A DNA stretch of 64,000 nucleotides, from IMG/VR virus record IMGVR_UViG_3300023175_000005, positions 1 to 64,000 of that record, one strand, 5' to 3'. How positions within the stretch are numbered: the first letter of the stretch is position 1; each line of letters begins with the position of its first letter. Both the position numbers and the translations under genes were made by a program. Below the pieces are notes generated by a model that worked only from the letters and a program-made list of their open reading frames with translations, ran no database searches and was not told the DNA's origin. Shown here piece after piece: positions 44,413 to 55,700 of the stretch.

Positions 44413-45522
44413 TTAAAGACCTGCTAGTTTTGTTAGCAAGTTCAATGCTTGTTGTTCGTTTTTCTGTGGTTTATCTTTAGAAATAGCTTTCGCTACTTTT
44501 TCACGACGATTCTTTAGATAGTCATCGGTTTTGTCTTTTTTACCATCATTGTTAACATCATCGTCTTCTTTACCTACTGGATCAAGTTTGTTTTTCTTTT
44601 CATTTAATGCTGCTAATAGTCTGGCTTTCATTTCTGTTGCCATTGGATTATCTCCTCCTGCTGCCGGCTTATACATTTTTTTGGCTCTGTTTAAGCCATG
44701 TGATAGTGACTTTGTCATATACTTTGTATCCATATATGATTCTTCACCTTCCGAACCTGCTGGAGTGTTTTCCCATTCTTCAACTGATTCTTCATCTTTG
44801 TCTTTTTTCATTAATGCTGCTGCACCTGCTGCACCGGCACCTGCTGCTGCCGCTGCTGGAGCATACTTACCAATTTTTGCACCAATTTCTGCACCTTTTG
44901 TGGCACCCATTGATGCACCTGCTGCGCCGCCCATTGGACCTGCTTTTGTAGCACCATATGCTGCGCCTGCTGCTTGGCCTACTGATTTTCCAACATTGCT
45001 ACCGATTTCAGCACCTTTGTCCATTACGCCTTTTGCAAAGTCTGAAATTGCACCTGCTGCAAGATCTTGATCATCTGGATCTCCATCTCTTCCTGGAATG
45101 CTTGGATCGTCATAATCAACATCAGTAATCTCGTCACCTGCTGCTGCGCCGCCCAATGCTCCTAATGCTGCACCAGGTACGCCGCCTAATGCGCCGCCTG
45201 CTAGTCCACCAACTGCTGCACCACCTAATTTGCCCAACAATCCTGCTTTTAGATCCATGTCTCCTGGCACATCGTCGATACCCGGAATGGTCGGATCATC
45301 ATCCATTGCTGCTGGCATACGCATTGATCCACCTTTAATGCCTGCTAGTGCTTGCATTACTTGTGCCATCGAATCTGTATCGCCTGAAATATTAATAGTA
45401 AGCGGGCCTTCTGCTTCAGCCATGTCTGGTGGACATTCTACAACAAATGACTCGTTTAAGTTTTCTTTCTTTTCAACACTGTCAAAACCTTGTAAAATGT
45501 TCAGCATATTTTGATCAGCCAT
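44413..45522 (-). CDS. Gly-zipper, low-complexity virion-associated protein
   Basis: GxxxG repeats; duplicated DDPxIPG unit; [24 protein letters not shown] motif. Confidence 0.65.
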   Translation of the reverse strand: MADQNMLNILQGFDSVEKKENLNESFVVECPPDMAEAEGPLTINISGDTDSMAQVMQALAGIKGGSMRMPAAMDDDPTIPGIDDVPGDMDLKAGLLGKLGGAAVGGLAGGALGGVPGAALGALGGAAAGDEITDVDYDDPSIPGRDGDPDDQDLAAGAISDFAKGVMDKGAEIGSNVGKSVGQAAGAAYGATKAGPMGGAAGASMGATKGAEIGAKIGKYAPAAAAAGAGAAGAAALMKKDKDEESVEEWENTPAGSEGEESYMDTKYMTKSLSHGLNRAKKMYKPAAGGDNPMATEMKARLLAALNEKKNKLDPVGKEDDDVNNDGKKDKTDDYLKNRREKVAKAISKDKPQKNEQQALNLLTKLAGL

Positions 45523-45523
45523 A

Positions 45524-46069
45524 TTAACCTCCTATAACACTTTCTGTGTTTTGTGGCTCTTCTTTAACTGGTTCTGCTTTGTGTGCATTACCTTCTTGTT
45601 TTTCTTTACGAGCAGTTTCTAATTCTTTTAAAAGATCCATTATTCTTTTTTCGCCTACTTGATCTTGTGCAGATTCGCCTTCTAATTCTTCTGTAGTTAG
45701 CATAGGCTCATATGTTTTTTCTTCTACTTGTTCTTGATATGCTTCTTGTGCTTCTCCTGGACTGCGTACAATTACGTATCCTGGCTGACATGCACAGCAT
45801 TGTTCAATATATTCCTGTAATATTAAAGTAGTAGTTGGGTAGCCTAATTCACACTCCCAATAAGTTACTTCCATATTTTCTAGTTGTGGGAAATCTAATG
45901 GACGTTCTTGAATAGGTGTTTTTTTACCTGAACTGCAATTTGCTACTTCAAATTTTCCTAAACACGCTTTCATTTGAGATTCAAAATCGTCAGCCAAATC
46001 ACCTGCTACTCCTATTTTAAAAGGATAGGTTTTCTTGGCTTCTGTTAAATATTCTTTAAATTGTTTCAT
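45524..46069 (-). CDS. Putative internal head protein
   Basis: N-terminus [10 protein letters not shown] resembles the T4 capsid-targeting sequence. Confidence 0.6.
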   Translation of the reverse strand: MKQFKEYLTEAKKTYPFKIGVAGDLADDFESQMKACLGKFEVANCSSGKKTPIQERPLDFPQLENMEVTYWECELGYPTTTLILQEYIEQCCACQPGYVIVRSPGEAQEAYQEQVEEKTYEPMLTTEELEGESAQDQVGEKRIMDLLKELETARKEKQEGNAHKAEPVKEEPQNTESVIGG

Positions 46070-46092
46070 AGTAATGGATCCTGTTACTAGTA

Positions 46093-46590
46093 TTATTTAT
46101 CCTTATCCATGCCTTTTAACTTTTCTAGTAGGCTATTTCTGTCAGTTACAACATAGCCGTCACCTTCTGTAAATCCATGGTCGATAGTATCGCTATCTAG
46201 TTTTTGTTTCTTAAGTTGCAATTCTATCATTTTTAATTTTTTATCAATTTTAGCAGTCTTTGCATCTAGGTTTGTTTTAAGCATTGTGCCTGCAACTTCA
46301 AATACTCTACCAGAATAACGTGACTCAACATTCATACCTAAATCCATTAGATCTTCATATGCTTGCATTGCTTTATCAGCAACCTCATTAAGTTCAGTAT
46401 CTGCCATTTCCCCTAGTCCTTTTACAGCGGGTAATGCACTTGCTATCTTATCAAATTCTTCTATGTCTCGAAAAGTTTGCTCTTGTTGTACAAGTGCTTG
46501 CTTATCTTCTTTTCTTTGTTGACGTTCTTGCTCTTTGATTATTTCTTTTGAATCTGGCAAGTTTAAAAGATCTTCTAGTTTTTTACTCAT
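46093..46590 (-). CDS. Probable terminase small subunit (gp16-like)
   Basis: Helical; RVFEVAGTML; C-terminal VTDRNSLL; late box. Confidence 0.7.
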   Translation of the reverse strand: MSKKLEDLLNLPDSKEIIKEQERQQRKEDKQALVQQEQTFRDIEEFDKIASALPAVKGLGEMADTELNEVADKAMQAYEDLMDLGMNVESRYSGRVFEVAGTMLKTNLDAKTAKIDKKLKMIELQLKKQKLDSDTIDHGFTEGDGYVVTDRNSLLEKLKGMDKDK

Positions 46591-46597
46591 ATAATAT

Positions 46598-47032
46598 TTA
46601 GCGCCCGCCTGTGTGGAACATATCTTTTTCAGTTATGATTCTAAAAGCAATACCTTTAGATTTACACCAGTTTCTAGCCGCTTCCCATTTTACTTGATTC
46701 AATGCCCAATGCAATTGATTTCTTCTGTTACGTCCTGTCTTTTCTTTTAATGTATGCATTTCAGGCTTTATTTCTATTACTTCAGTTTTTTGTTTACCAT
46801 TTTGATCTACATAGTGTATAAAAAAGTCAGGTACATAAATTGTTTGTTTGCCAGTAAAAGGATTTCTATAAGGAATCTTAATCGCTTCACTGGCCCACTT
46901 GTATATACTTGGATTCTCGTCACAAAACTTCATAAAGTGAAATTCCCAACTGCTACGATATGTAGGCATACTACCGCCTATATATTTGTCAGGGTTTTTT
47001 GGTCTGAATTTACCCTGAGCATACTTGGTCAT
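46598..47032 (-). CDS. Head completion nuclease (gp4-like, TnsA fold)
   Basis: PKNPDKYIG, YRSSWE, WASE, YVPDF, EIKP, ITEKD. Confidence 0.92.
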   Translation of the reverse strand: MTKYAQGKFRPKNPDKYIGGSMPTYRSSWEFHFMKFCDENPSIYKWASEAIKIPYRNPFTGKQTIYVPDFFIHYVDQNGKQKTEVIEIKPEMHTLKEKTGRNRRNQLHWALNQVKWEAARNWCKSKGIAFRIITEKDMFHTGGR

Positions 47033-48591
47033 TATCTTCTACCTATTTGTCCTACAATAGATAGGTTGAACGGTGTAAATAGATATCTATTTGGGCCATT
47101 TAAGATCCCAGATGTGTCTTGGTAATTATCTGTAGTACCATCAGTATAAAGTTTTCCAGTCTGTGCGTTATTATGAATATATGTTCTAATTTGTTCAGGT
47201 GTTGCTCCTGGATTTGCCTGTAGTATAGTAGCAATTACACCACAAACTTGTGGTGAAGCCATACTTGTACCGCTTATATTCATTTGTCTAAAAGAACTGT
47301 TTAGATGATAAGCACCTGTTGTAAATTCATTTGTATTACTACTAGCACTCATAATGTCTGAACCTGGTGCATAGATATCAACTCCTGGACCTTTTTCGGA
47401 AGAGGATCTTAATCTTTCTAATGTATCGTTGTGCATATCTGCTTCAATGTTTCCAGTCATTAATGCTCGTGTACTGTATGGTGAACTTCCTCTATGATAG
47501 TATGTTGTACCGCTACTAAGCACAGCAAAATTATCATAATCTAAACCACCACTTACATCTACTTTATGTGCTCTATTTCCTGCTGCAATACAAACATGAA
47601 CTCCTGCATCAATTAATTCTTCTACATCTGTGTCAACGCTTGCAATACGTACATTTGTTTGGTATGTGCTAAGTCCTACCAAATTCGGCACTAGCCCAAA
47701 ATCGTACCATTGATCAGTTGTTGCTATTGCTGTGCCTGTTTCTGATACACCTCTATAGTTTATTTCACTTACGCTTGTATAACTTCTACCATAACCCCAA
47801 CTCATATTTACAACAGTTGGTCTTTTCTTTCCAGTAGTAGGACTTACTGGCTTTGCATTATGCCATTCTTTAATAACATCAAAGCAATCAGTGACACTGA
47901 TACCAGTGCCACTGTCGCCTGAACCTTCCAAGCCACTAACCTTTACACTATAAATTTCTGCTGCTTTTGCCCAGCCGTATGTTTTACCTGCTGCAATACC
48001 TCCACAGTGTGTGCCATGCCCATTGTAATCTCTATAATGATTTGCGTTTTGTGTACCGCCGCCGCTAAATCCATCATACCAATCAATTGCTTGTGTTCTA
48101 TACCCGCCAAATTCATCTGTAAATTCAGGATGATCCATTTGCAATCCACTGTCTTGAATAACAACATCTACACCTGATCCATCTAAACTATATCTAAACG
48201 GTTCGGTAGAATTAGGTGTTGCGTTCAATGTGTTAGGATAAGGATTATTTGCAAAATGACAACGATACAATCCCCAGTTTGTGTAATCACCTGTGTCGCT
48301 ACTTGTCTTTTGCCAGTTAGCATCTTGTGTTGCAAAATGTCCAATTTCTAAAGTATCATCCTGATCAGGTGGCACTGCTACATCCATTACTCTAGAATCA
48401 TTTTTAAGTGCTTCTGCTTCTGCTTCAGACAAAGCATAGTGAGTATTACGGTTACTTGCTAATCTTGCATTTGCAACATCAACACTTCTATTAGGAACAG
48501 TTGATGAGCCTGTACTTTGTGTCATTTCTGCTGCAAAACTAGCAGGATCTACACCTTTGTTTAGTGTTACAATATATTCTTTTTCACTCAT
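47032..48591 (-). CDS. Subtilisin-like S8 serine protease with I9-like prodomain
   Basis: VIQDSG, HGTHCGG, AAGN, GTSMASP. Confidence 0.93.
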   Translation of the reverse strand: MSEKEYIVTLNKGVDPASFAAEMTQSTGSSTVPNRSVDVANARLASNRNTHYALSEAEAEALKNDSRVMDVAVPPDQDDTLEIGHFATQDANWQKTSSDTGDYTNWGLYRCHFANNPYPNTLNATPNSTEPFRYSLDGSGVDVVIQDSGLQMDHPEFTDEFGGYRTQAIDWYDGFSGGGTQNANHYRDYNGHGTHCGGIAAGKTYGWAKAAEIYSVKVSGLEGSGDSGTGISVTDCFDVIKEWHNAKPVSPTTGKKRPTVVNMSWGYGRSYTSVSEINYRGVSETGTAIATTDQWYDFGLVPNLVGLSTYQTNVRIASVDTDVEELIDAGVHVCIAAGNRAHKVDVSGGLDYDNFAVLSSGTTYYHRGSSPYSTRALMTGNIEADMHNDTLERLRSSSEKGPGVDIYAPGSDIMSASSNTNEFTTGAYHLNSSFRQMNISGTSMASPQVCGVIATILQANPGATPEQIRTYIHNNAQTGKLYTDGTTDNYQDTSGILNGPNRYLFTPFNLSIVGQIGRR

Positions 48592-48600
48592 GATATGTCC

Positions 48601-50322
48601 TTAAACTATGTTTATTGTGTTACCCATTACAGAATGGATTTGACATTGATAGTAAAGTGTGCTAGGAGCACTCATTGGAACTGTAAAACTAACAGTTCCT
48701 ACTGCTGCACCGTTGTTAGTAACACCTGTGTTATATTGTGCACCGCCGTTGCTTACTCTAATATCAAATGGATGTCCTGTTGCATCTACTGCAAAATCAT
48801 ATCTTTCACCACGTCTTAGATATAATACAGGATTATCTTCTGCTATCGGAAACCAATTATTTCCAGTGTCACTAACTGTAAATGCTGTATTAAGGCCGTT
48901 GTCTTGTACATCAAAAATATGTTTAATTACAGCACCATCCATAGTAATGTCATTTGTTACAGTTGGAGATGATGCACTAACATATCCTCCTGTGCTGTGA
49001 TCTCCCCAACTAACCGCAGTGTCCCACTGACCTACTTTTGCATCAGTAATTGTGTTTGTACCCATGTCAATATCGTTTAGGTTGGCATCTAGTGTGCCAC
49101 CTAATTGTGGACTTGTATCTTGTACAATATCAGTTAAGCCGCCGCCTGATGCACCTAGTGCTACCCATGAAAGTCCATCATACACTTCTACTGCTTGTGT
49201 AGACGTATTATAAATTAAATCACCATCTGTTGGTAATAATGCATTTCTTTCTGTGGTAGTAACATTATTTAAATTCAACGGAGAAGTTACTTGTGTTCTA
49301 TTTGTAGCTTCTAAAATAAGATCATTACCTGCTCTAAGATAGAATGGTCCAGTACCTTGAATTTCTAAATCTGCACAGTTTACAACATCATCGACATATA
49401 TTCCGCTTTGGAAGTTTACACTAGGAACAACAACAATTTGACTAGAGTCGTCTGTATCAATTGTGTTTGCAGAAAATTCAAAATTTGCAATGTCAGGAAC
49501 TACAGGCTGGTCTGTTAGATCATTGTACGATCCACTGAAAAGTAAATTACTGTCGTCTGTTAAATCATTAACGTCAGTAGGAATATCAGGAACATTTACA
49601 AAGTTTGTATAATCAATGTAATAACTTCCCGGTTGTCCGTTTAATGTAGTAGCATCTAAGCCGCCGCCTCCTGATGTTGCATCATCTGCTGCTGCCCATT
49701 CAAACCCATTCCATTTTAAAACTTGTCCTGAAACTGCTGATGTACTTGCATCACCTGCAACATCACTTAAATCTTGTATACTTGTAGGAACAGTAGGTCT
49801 TCCGGTTAAACTAGAATAAGCACCGTCAAATAACAGTACGTCTGCATCAGTAAGTTGATTTATGTCTGTAGGAATAGTAGGAGCACCAGTAAGACTGCTA
49901 TACAGTCCGTCAAATAACAAATCACCTTGGTCGGTAAGTTGGTTGATATCCGAAGGAACAACAGGAGCGCCTGTCAAATCGTTATATTGTCCGCTGAACA
50001 ATAAACTAGATGCATCTGCCAATTGGTTAATGTCTGTAGGAATTGCAGGGGCGCCTGTTACATTTAACCAATCTAAATAGTATGATCCGTCTTGTCCGTC
50101 TAGCGTATCTGCATCAGATGTTCCGCCTACTGCCGGTGCCCATTCGTCTCCGTTCCATTGTAAAACTTCACCTACATTCGGTGTTACACTTGCTACATCT
50201 GATAAACTTGCTAGTGTACCGCTTTCTAATGCAACAATACGAGTATCAAGATCGGTAAAGTTACCGTCTAATTCGTCAAATGTAAGTGTTGATCCTTTGA
50301 CTGTTCTTAACGTAATTGCCAT
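48601..50322 (-). CDS. Fibre-like virion protein with ~28-aa repeats and a C-terminal cupredoxin-like domain
   Basis: LLFxGxYxxLTGxPxxPTDINQL repeats; GHPF...LYYQCQIHSVMG. Confidence 0.75.
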   Translation of the reverse strand: MAITLRTVKGSTLTFDELDGNFTDLDTRIVALESGTLASLSDVASVTPNVGEVLQWNGDEWAPAVGGTSDADTLDGQDGSYYLDWLNVTGAPAIPTDINQLADASSLLFSGQYNDLTGAPVVPSDINQLTDQGDLLFDGLYSSLTGAPTIPTDINQLTDADVLLFDGAYSSLTGRPTVPTSIQDLSDVAGDASTSAVSGQVLKWNGFEWAAADDATSGGGGLDATTLNGQPGSYYIDYTNFVNVPDIPTDVNDLTDDSNLLFSGSYNDLTDQPVVPDIANFEFSANTIDTDDSSQIVVVPSVNFQSGIYVDDVVNCADLEIQGTGPFYLRAGNDLILEATNRTQVTSPLNLNNVTTTERNALLPTDGDLIYNTSTQAVEVYDGLSWVALGASGGGLTDIVQDTSPQLGGTLDANLNDIDMGTNTITDAKVGQWDTAVSWGDHSTGGYVSASSPTVTNDITMDGAVIKHIFDVQDNGLNTAFTVSDTGNNWFPIAEDNPVLYLRRGERYDFAVDATGHPFDIRVSNGGAQYNTGVTNNGAAVGTVSFTVPMSAPSTLYYQCQIHSVMGNTINIV

Positions 50323-50332
50323 TGTATTTCTC

Positions 50333-50788
50333 CTACGCTACATATCCAGGGGCAACATATCCCGGAGTTATGTATCCACTTGTTTCTTCTGTTGGTTCTG
50401 GTAACAATGGAAAATCAAAGCCGTCGACGTTTCGTGCTTCAAAATTATTTGTTACGTCTACATCTGCTTTGAATCCTAATTTTGTTATAGAACTTCTACT
50501 GTTATTTAATATGACTGCTACTAAATTTGTTAATTGTACTTTATCATAGCCTTTTAAAGTATCTAATAAATCAAAAACAGGTATTCCATCTGCTTTTGCT
50601 TGTGAAAGTATGACTGATGCTATGCTTATAGAAGCAACTTCTTCAAATCCTCTTTTGACAAAAAATCCTACTACTGCATCGATATCTGCCGCATTATAAT
50701 GAAGTGATCTATCAAAGAATGAATTAAAAGTTCTTCTTGTGTCTAAATTACTATCATTTACTACTGTTATGTTTTCATAAGTAGACAT
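50333..50788 (-). CDS. Hypothetical virion-cluster protein
   Basis: ORF in the tail operon; C-terminal GY(I/V)xP repeats. Confidence 0.7.
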   Translation of the reverse strand: MSTYENITVVNDSNLDTRRTFNSFFDRSLHYNAADIDAVVGFFVKRGFEEVASISIASVILSQAKADGIPVFDLLDTLKGYDKVQLTNLVAVILNNSRSSITKLGFKADVDVTNNFEARNVDGFDFPLLPEPTEETSGYITPGYVAPGYVA

Positions 50789-51999
50789 TATGCAGATTCC
50801 TGTCTAGGAACAACATAAGTTTTTCCGTTTACATTTACTAATTTTTCATTTTTGTTATCGTAACTGCCCTTAAAGGGTCTTGAGTTAGCAGGTAAATTAT
50901 CTGTTAAATCGGTTCTTTGTTGTGCAGATCTTTGTTCTGCTCCTGCTGCTTTTATATCTGCCCAATTAATACCACCTTGACCTTGCTGATTTATTCCTCT
51001 AGATGTAAGTCCTTGATTTACAATAGGTTGTAAACCTAATCTATCTAGATTTAATTTATCTCCTAAAAATTTAGAAGCAGATGTTTTTATAAAATTTTGT
51101 GCAAATGCTTCTATAGAATTAGTTCTTCCTTTTTGCGGAGACACACTTCCAAACGGTGTAGTTGTAACTCTACTGGTGCCAAAACTACTGCCTCCTTCTT
51201 GTATAGGACTTGGTCTAGTATCATAGTGTCTTTGATCTCCAAAAGATGTAGGTGCTACACCTTCTAATAGTTCTCCTCTTTCGTAATGAACTGTTTCGTA
51301 TGCTACTGTCATTGAATTAGTTGAAAATTCACTTCCTTCTGATTGCACATTATCGTGTTGGAAATCTTCTACTAATGGATTAATTAGTGTAAAGCATGTA
51401 TAGTGTGTTTTTTTATTCAAAGGATGCAATTGGAAAATTTGAATAGAATCAAAAAATTGATACATTTTATTTGGTTTATCTAAACCATATCTGTAATTAA
51501 AGTTTTGAAAATATGTATTATTAGATCCAAATGCACTTCTTCTATATCTTTCGTCTGGAGCAATATCTGGTGCTGCTGAAGCACTTTGTTTTTGATGATC
51601 GCCGTCTGCATAATAATATCTAAAATATGCTTCCCACAACAATGTTGTTAGCCCTGCATTATCATCATGAAATTCAATTCTTACTGGCTGATAATCTATT
51701 CTTGTTTGTAAAAGTTTTTTTCTATTATACTGATTTAAAACTTCTACTTGTGGTCTATATTTTGGCAGTTCTGCACTTTTTGCTAAAATATGAATGTCTT
51801 CTTGTGTAAAATTATCAATGAGCGTGTCTGGTCTAACATCTGGGTTTATATTCAAAACTACATGATAGAGAAACTTGTGCTTAGGAGCAAGACGCATATT
51901 GTTAGAGCGGAATACTCTAGATGCATGATCATAATCGCCTAAATTACCTTTAGGACCATTATAGCTTTTAATATTATCAAAAAATCCTGTGAACGCCAT
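50788..51999 (-). CDS. Tail tube-related / baseplate tube initiator (gp19/gp54-like)
   Basis: AELPKY, NQYNRK, IEFHDD; next to the tube gene. Confidence 0.7.
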   Translation of the reverse strand: MAFTGFFDNIKSYNGPKGNLGDYDHASRVFRSNNMRLAPKHKFLYHVVLNINPDVRPDTLIDNFTQEDIHILAKSAELPKYRPQVEVLNQYNRKKLLQTRIDYQPVRIEFHDDNAGLTTLLWEAYFRYYYADGDHQKQSASAAPDIAPDERYRRSAFGSNNTYFQNFNYRYGLDKPNKMYQFFDSIQIFQLHPLNKKTHYTCFTLINPLVEDFQHDNVQSEGSEFSTNSMTVAYETVHYERGELLEGVAPTSFGDQRHYDTRPSPIQEGGSSFGTSRVTTTPFGSVSPQKGRTNSIEAFAQNFIKTSASKFLGDKLNLDRLGLQPIVNQGLTSRGINQQGQGGINWADIKAAGAEQRSAQQRTDLTDNLPANSRPFKGSYDNKNEKLVNVNGKTYVVPRQESA

Positions 52000-52035
52000 A
52001 CTGTATTTATCGTTTATGTAAAGTGTGTGGATAAT

Positions 52036-52061
52036 AAAAAAGGGAACCGAAGTTCCCTTTT
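52036..52061 (-). terminator. Intrinsic terminator with UUCG loop
   Basis: AAGGGAAC-TTCG-GTTCCCTT-TTTT. Confidence 0.85.
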
Positions 52062-52084
52062 CTAAAGCAATCTCTTATTTGCTA

Positions 52085-52702
52085 TTAACCAGTTGTACCA
52101 GTTCCAATTGTTCTAGGAACTGCTGCTCCTACTCCTTCACCATTTGGTGTTTGTACAGCATTATCATACTGTATTGTAACTGATGTTTGTACTGGTTCAC
52201 TGTTTGCATATGCTAAGGAATTATAGTTGACTTCTGTTAAGTAGCAACCATAAATTTCCCAAGTTTCTAACACACCTGCTTCTGCTGCTCCATTACCGCC
52301 ATCTAAAATTTCAATGTTAGTTTGGAACTTATAATCAATACCAGATGCAGCACTTGCTTGATTAATAAAGTCAAATTGTTTCTGAAGTTGTTCGCCAACT
52401 AGTTTTTGCACACTGTTGTTTACATCTTCACGTAATGTAATTGTAATTGGGTTCCATGTGTGTTTACCTGCCAAATGTACAGTTGAATTGTATACCGGAA
52501 TTGGCATGTTTTCGAACGTCAAGTTCGGTCTTGCAGCATCGATAACTTGTTTGGTTAATTCAGTAGTTGATGCAGTAACGCCAAAGTTAATAAAGTTTAC
52601 TCTAAAACGGTATTGTAGTTTTGGCATTAACAAGCCTTCAGATGTTGCACTCTGGTCGCTTGCTAATGGAACACTTAATTTTGTTAATGATGAGATTGCC
52701 AT
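52085..52702 (-). CDS. Tail tube protein (gp19-like)
   Basis: PKLQYRFRV, LAGKHTWNPITITLRED, WEIYGC, IQYDN; follows the sheath gene. Confidence 0.88.
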   Translation of the reverse strand: MAISSLTKLSVPLASDQSATSEGLLMPKLQYRFRVNFINFGVTASTTELTKQVIDAARPNLTFENMPIPVYNSTVHLAGKHTWNPITITLREDVNNSVQKLVGEQLQKQFDFINQASAASGIDYKFQTNIEILDGGNGAAEAGVLETWEIYGCYLTEVNYNSLAYANSEPVQTSVTIQYDNAVQTPNGEGVGAAVPRTIGTGTTG

Positions 52703-52735
52703 TTAATATTTCTCCTATTCACAAGTATTTATCAG

Positions 52736-52763
52736 TTTAGGGTCAACTTTCGCTGACCCTAAA
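52736..52763 (-). terminator. Hairpin between the sheath and tube genes
   Basis: TTTAGGGTCA / TGACCCTAAA inverted repeat. Confidence 0.5.
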
Positions 52764-52771
52764 TTCAGTGA

Positions 52772-55700
52772 TTATAAACTTGCAATTTCTCCTGTGTTTT
52801 TAAGACGTAGTGGAATGTAAATAAACTCAACACTCTTAACTGGTTCGATAGCAACGTCCACATATAGTTCGTTTTTATCAATTCTTGTTGGAGTATTGTT
52901 TGTTTCATCACATACAACTAGATAGTCAAAAATTGCTCTCAATGATGTAAGTTCAATTAGTAGACTTTCAACTTGTCCTTTAATGCTATCTCTTGTAATC
53001 TTATCATTTGGTTCAAAGACGAAAGGTTTAGCAAGTGTTTTAAGTTGACTACGTAAGTAAACTACAAGTCTAGCAACATTTACTCTATCTAGTGAACTTG
53101 CATTTGCTGCACGAGTTTTCTGTCCAAAGATAACAAGTCCTGCTCCGTTAATAAACGAAATTGGGTTAATATTCTTAGAATATAGTGTATCTCTTTGTCC
53201 TTCGTTTAGTGCAACACTAGTAAATTCTCCTTCACTATCAATGTAACCTGATGCTGTTGCATTAGTTACACTACCACGTCTTGTACCTGCTGGAGCAAAC
53301 CAGGGGAATGCAACTTGGTCGTTAAGTGCAATAGTTCTTAGTGCCATGTGCGATGCTGGAACAACAATATTGTTACCTGCATTGTCACTTGTAAATCCTG
53401 CTGGATAGTACATGCCTAAGTATTCATCACTTGTAACTGCACCGTCATCATTATCTTCTACTGCGCCTGCAATGTTGTTTGCCCAGTTTGTTAATGATGT
53501 GCTATCAGGTGTTAGTCTCATCGGAGTATCACCTACAACAAACGCTGTTAATCCACGATCGTTGTTTAGTGTTACCATTTCACCAATTAGTTCCGGATAA
53601 CCTGGAGTTGAAATCAAGTTAAAGATTCTTGATTCATCATCGCGGATATCTTGGTTGCTGTTCATTTCTGCTTGTAACGCTTGTACAACAATTTTACGCT
53701 GTGCTTTGCGTCCAAATGATCCTGAACCATCTTCGTTGTTTGCTGATTTTGTTACCCAACGGTTAGCATAGTAGCCTGCCATTGATTCGTCGCCATTACG
53801 ACCATTTTCAGCATTGATATCAATATGATCACGCTTGAATTCTTTTACGTTGAATCCACTTCTACGTGTATTCCATAGCAACATACCTTTTGGATATAGT
53901 GCTGGATCTGGAGCATCTGGATCTAAATAGTTGCTTACTAGTAGATCTGCAATATCACCTGCTTCGTCACTGTTTGCGCCTGCTGTGTTATAACGTGCAT
54001 CTGCAAATAGTACACCATTTTCAGTTGTTTGATCTGTGCTGTCTAGTAATGCCCAAACACCTGCTGCTGTCCATCTGTAAACTTGTGGATAGTTTTCTAA
54101 GTCTGCTGTTGAAATCCAAAGATCGCCAACAACTAGCGCACTTCCGTCTGACTGTTCTGTTGGAGCACTTGCTGCAACAATCGGTCCTGCTGGATCGTTT
54201 GTGCTACTTGCACCGACTAATCCGCCACCTGTGTGATCAAAATTATGATAACCAACCCATGATGTACCATTATGAATCATCATATCTACTTCATCTACTA
54301 CGCTGCTATACCATAGCGCACCATCTGCTGGTGTACTTGTAGGTGCACCTTCTGAAGCAGTGTATGATAATGTTTTCCACCATGTAACAATATATTGCTT
54401 AGGTGATGTGCTTGAGTCAGTACCCGGTGTGTAATAGAAGTTTGTAGTAGTTGTAGGATCTGTTGAATCAAACACTGTATATGCATTATCAACAATACCA
54501 TCTGTATCAACAATACGAATTTCGCCACCTAGTGCATGTGAAATTACAACTCTGTTTTGTGAATCTACGTTTGCACTTACATTTGTAAATCCTGCTGAGT
54601 TAATATCACCTGCTAGTGTATCTGCATCAGCAGTTGCACCTGTTGCTGTAAACGAAATTGTTTTTGCACTATCCATTGAGTTTTGTCCTGATAAACTTTC
54701 TGACATTGTAAATGAATATGTGCCTGCTGGGAACGTAGATGCTGTAATTTTTGTTGATGTAATTGTAACCGCACCGCTTCCACTCTTACGATAAATCTTA
54801 AAGTTTGCTAAGTTGTCGTAAGCTTCTTCGCTTGTGTTACTTTGTACATAGATAGAACCTTCTGCAATACCAGCACCGCCACCTGATGTATCCATTTCAT
54901 AAATTGCTGTGTGGTTATTTGCATAGATTGGAGCATTTACAGTTGTCCAAGCATCTGTTGCTGAACTGTACTGTTTTACACTCCAGTTTGCACCCAAATT
55001 AGGTGTTGTTGTTTTAACCCAAATAGAACCTGTTGGTCTTGGTTCTGTGTCATTTGTTTTATACTCTGGAACACTTGTATGTGCAGCAATAGTTAGTTCT
55101 GGTGAGTAATATTCGCCAGCTGTTATGCCTAAAGCACTTAACAATGCTGCATCACCAAAAACATCGATCAAGTCGCCTTGGCCGCCAGTTGTACCACCAG
55201 CATTATATAGTGAAAGTCTTCCGTTGTTATTTTTTGCAGTTACGCCTGCACTTGCAAGTCCTGCATCTACGTTAATTTGTCCAACTAAAGATGTAACAGT
55301 TGTACCTGTAAGTGTAATTGTATGCTCTGTTGAAGTACTGTTTGCTTCTTCAACACGAATAATTAATTCTTGACCAATTGTAAGTGTTGGATTTGCTGCT
55401 GTACCAGTTACTGCTGGCCAACTTTTTCTCCATGCAGCGCCACCTACTTCTACCCAAGTACCGTCTGCATTTTTATACCATAGTTTGTTAGTAGTTGTAA
55501 CTGCTACTAATGCATAGTCGCCTACAGCACCTACTGATGTTTTTGGTGTGTAGTCTGCACCTGCATAATCAACAACTTTTGTTGTATCTGTAATTACAGT
55601 AGGAACTCTGTTAGTAAAAGTTTGTCCACCTGTTGTTGTCGCTGCTGCGCCATTCCATTCAAATATACCGTAGAATGAATCATTTGTATCAAACCACCAT

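Noticed and set aside
44531-45514. Long + strand ORFs opposite the Gly/Ala-rich gene
   Set aside because: Antisense artefacts of low-complexity GCA/GGT codons.
46598-47032. TnsA-like nuclease as a Tn7 element
   Set aside because: Size, motifs and context match the T4 gp4 head-completion protein; no other tns genes or transposon ends.
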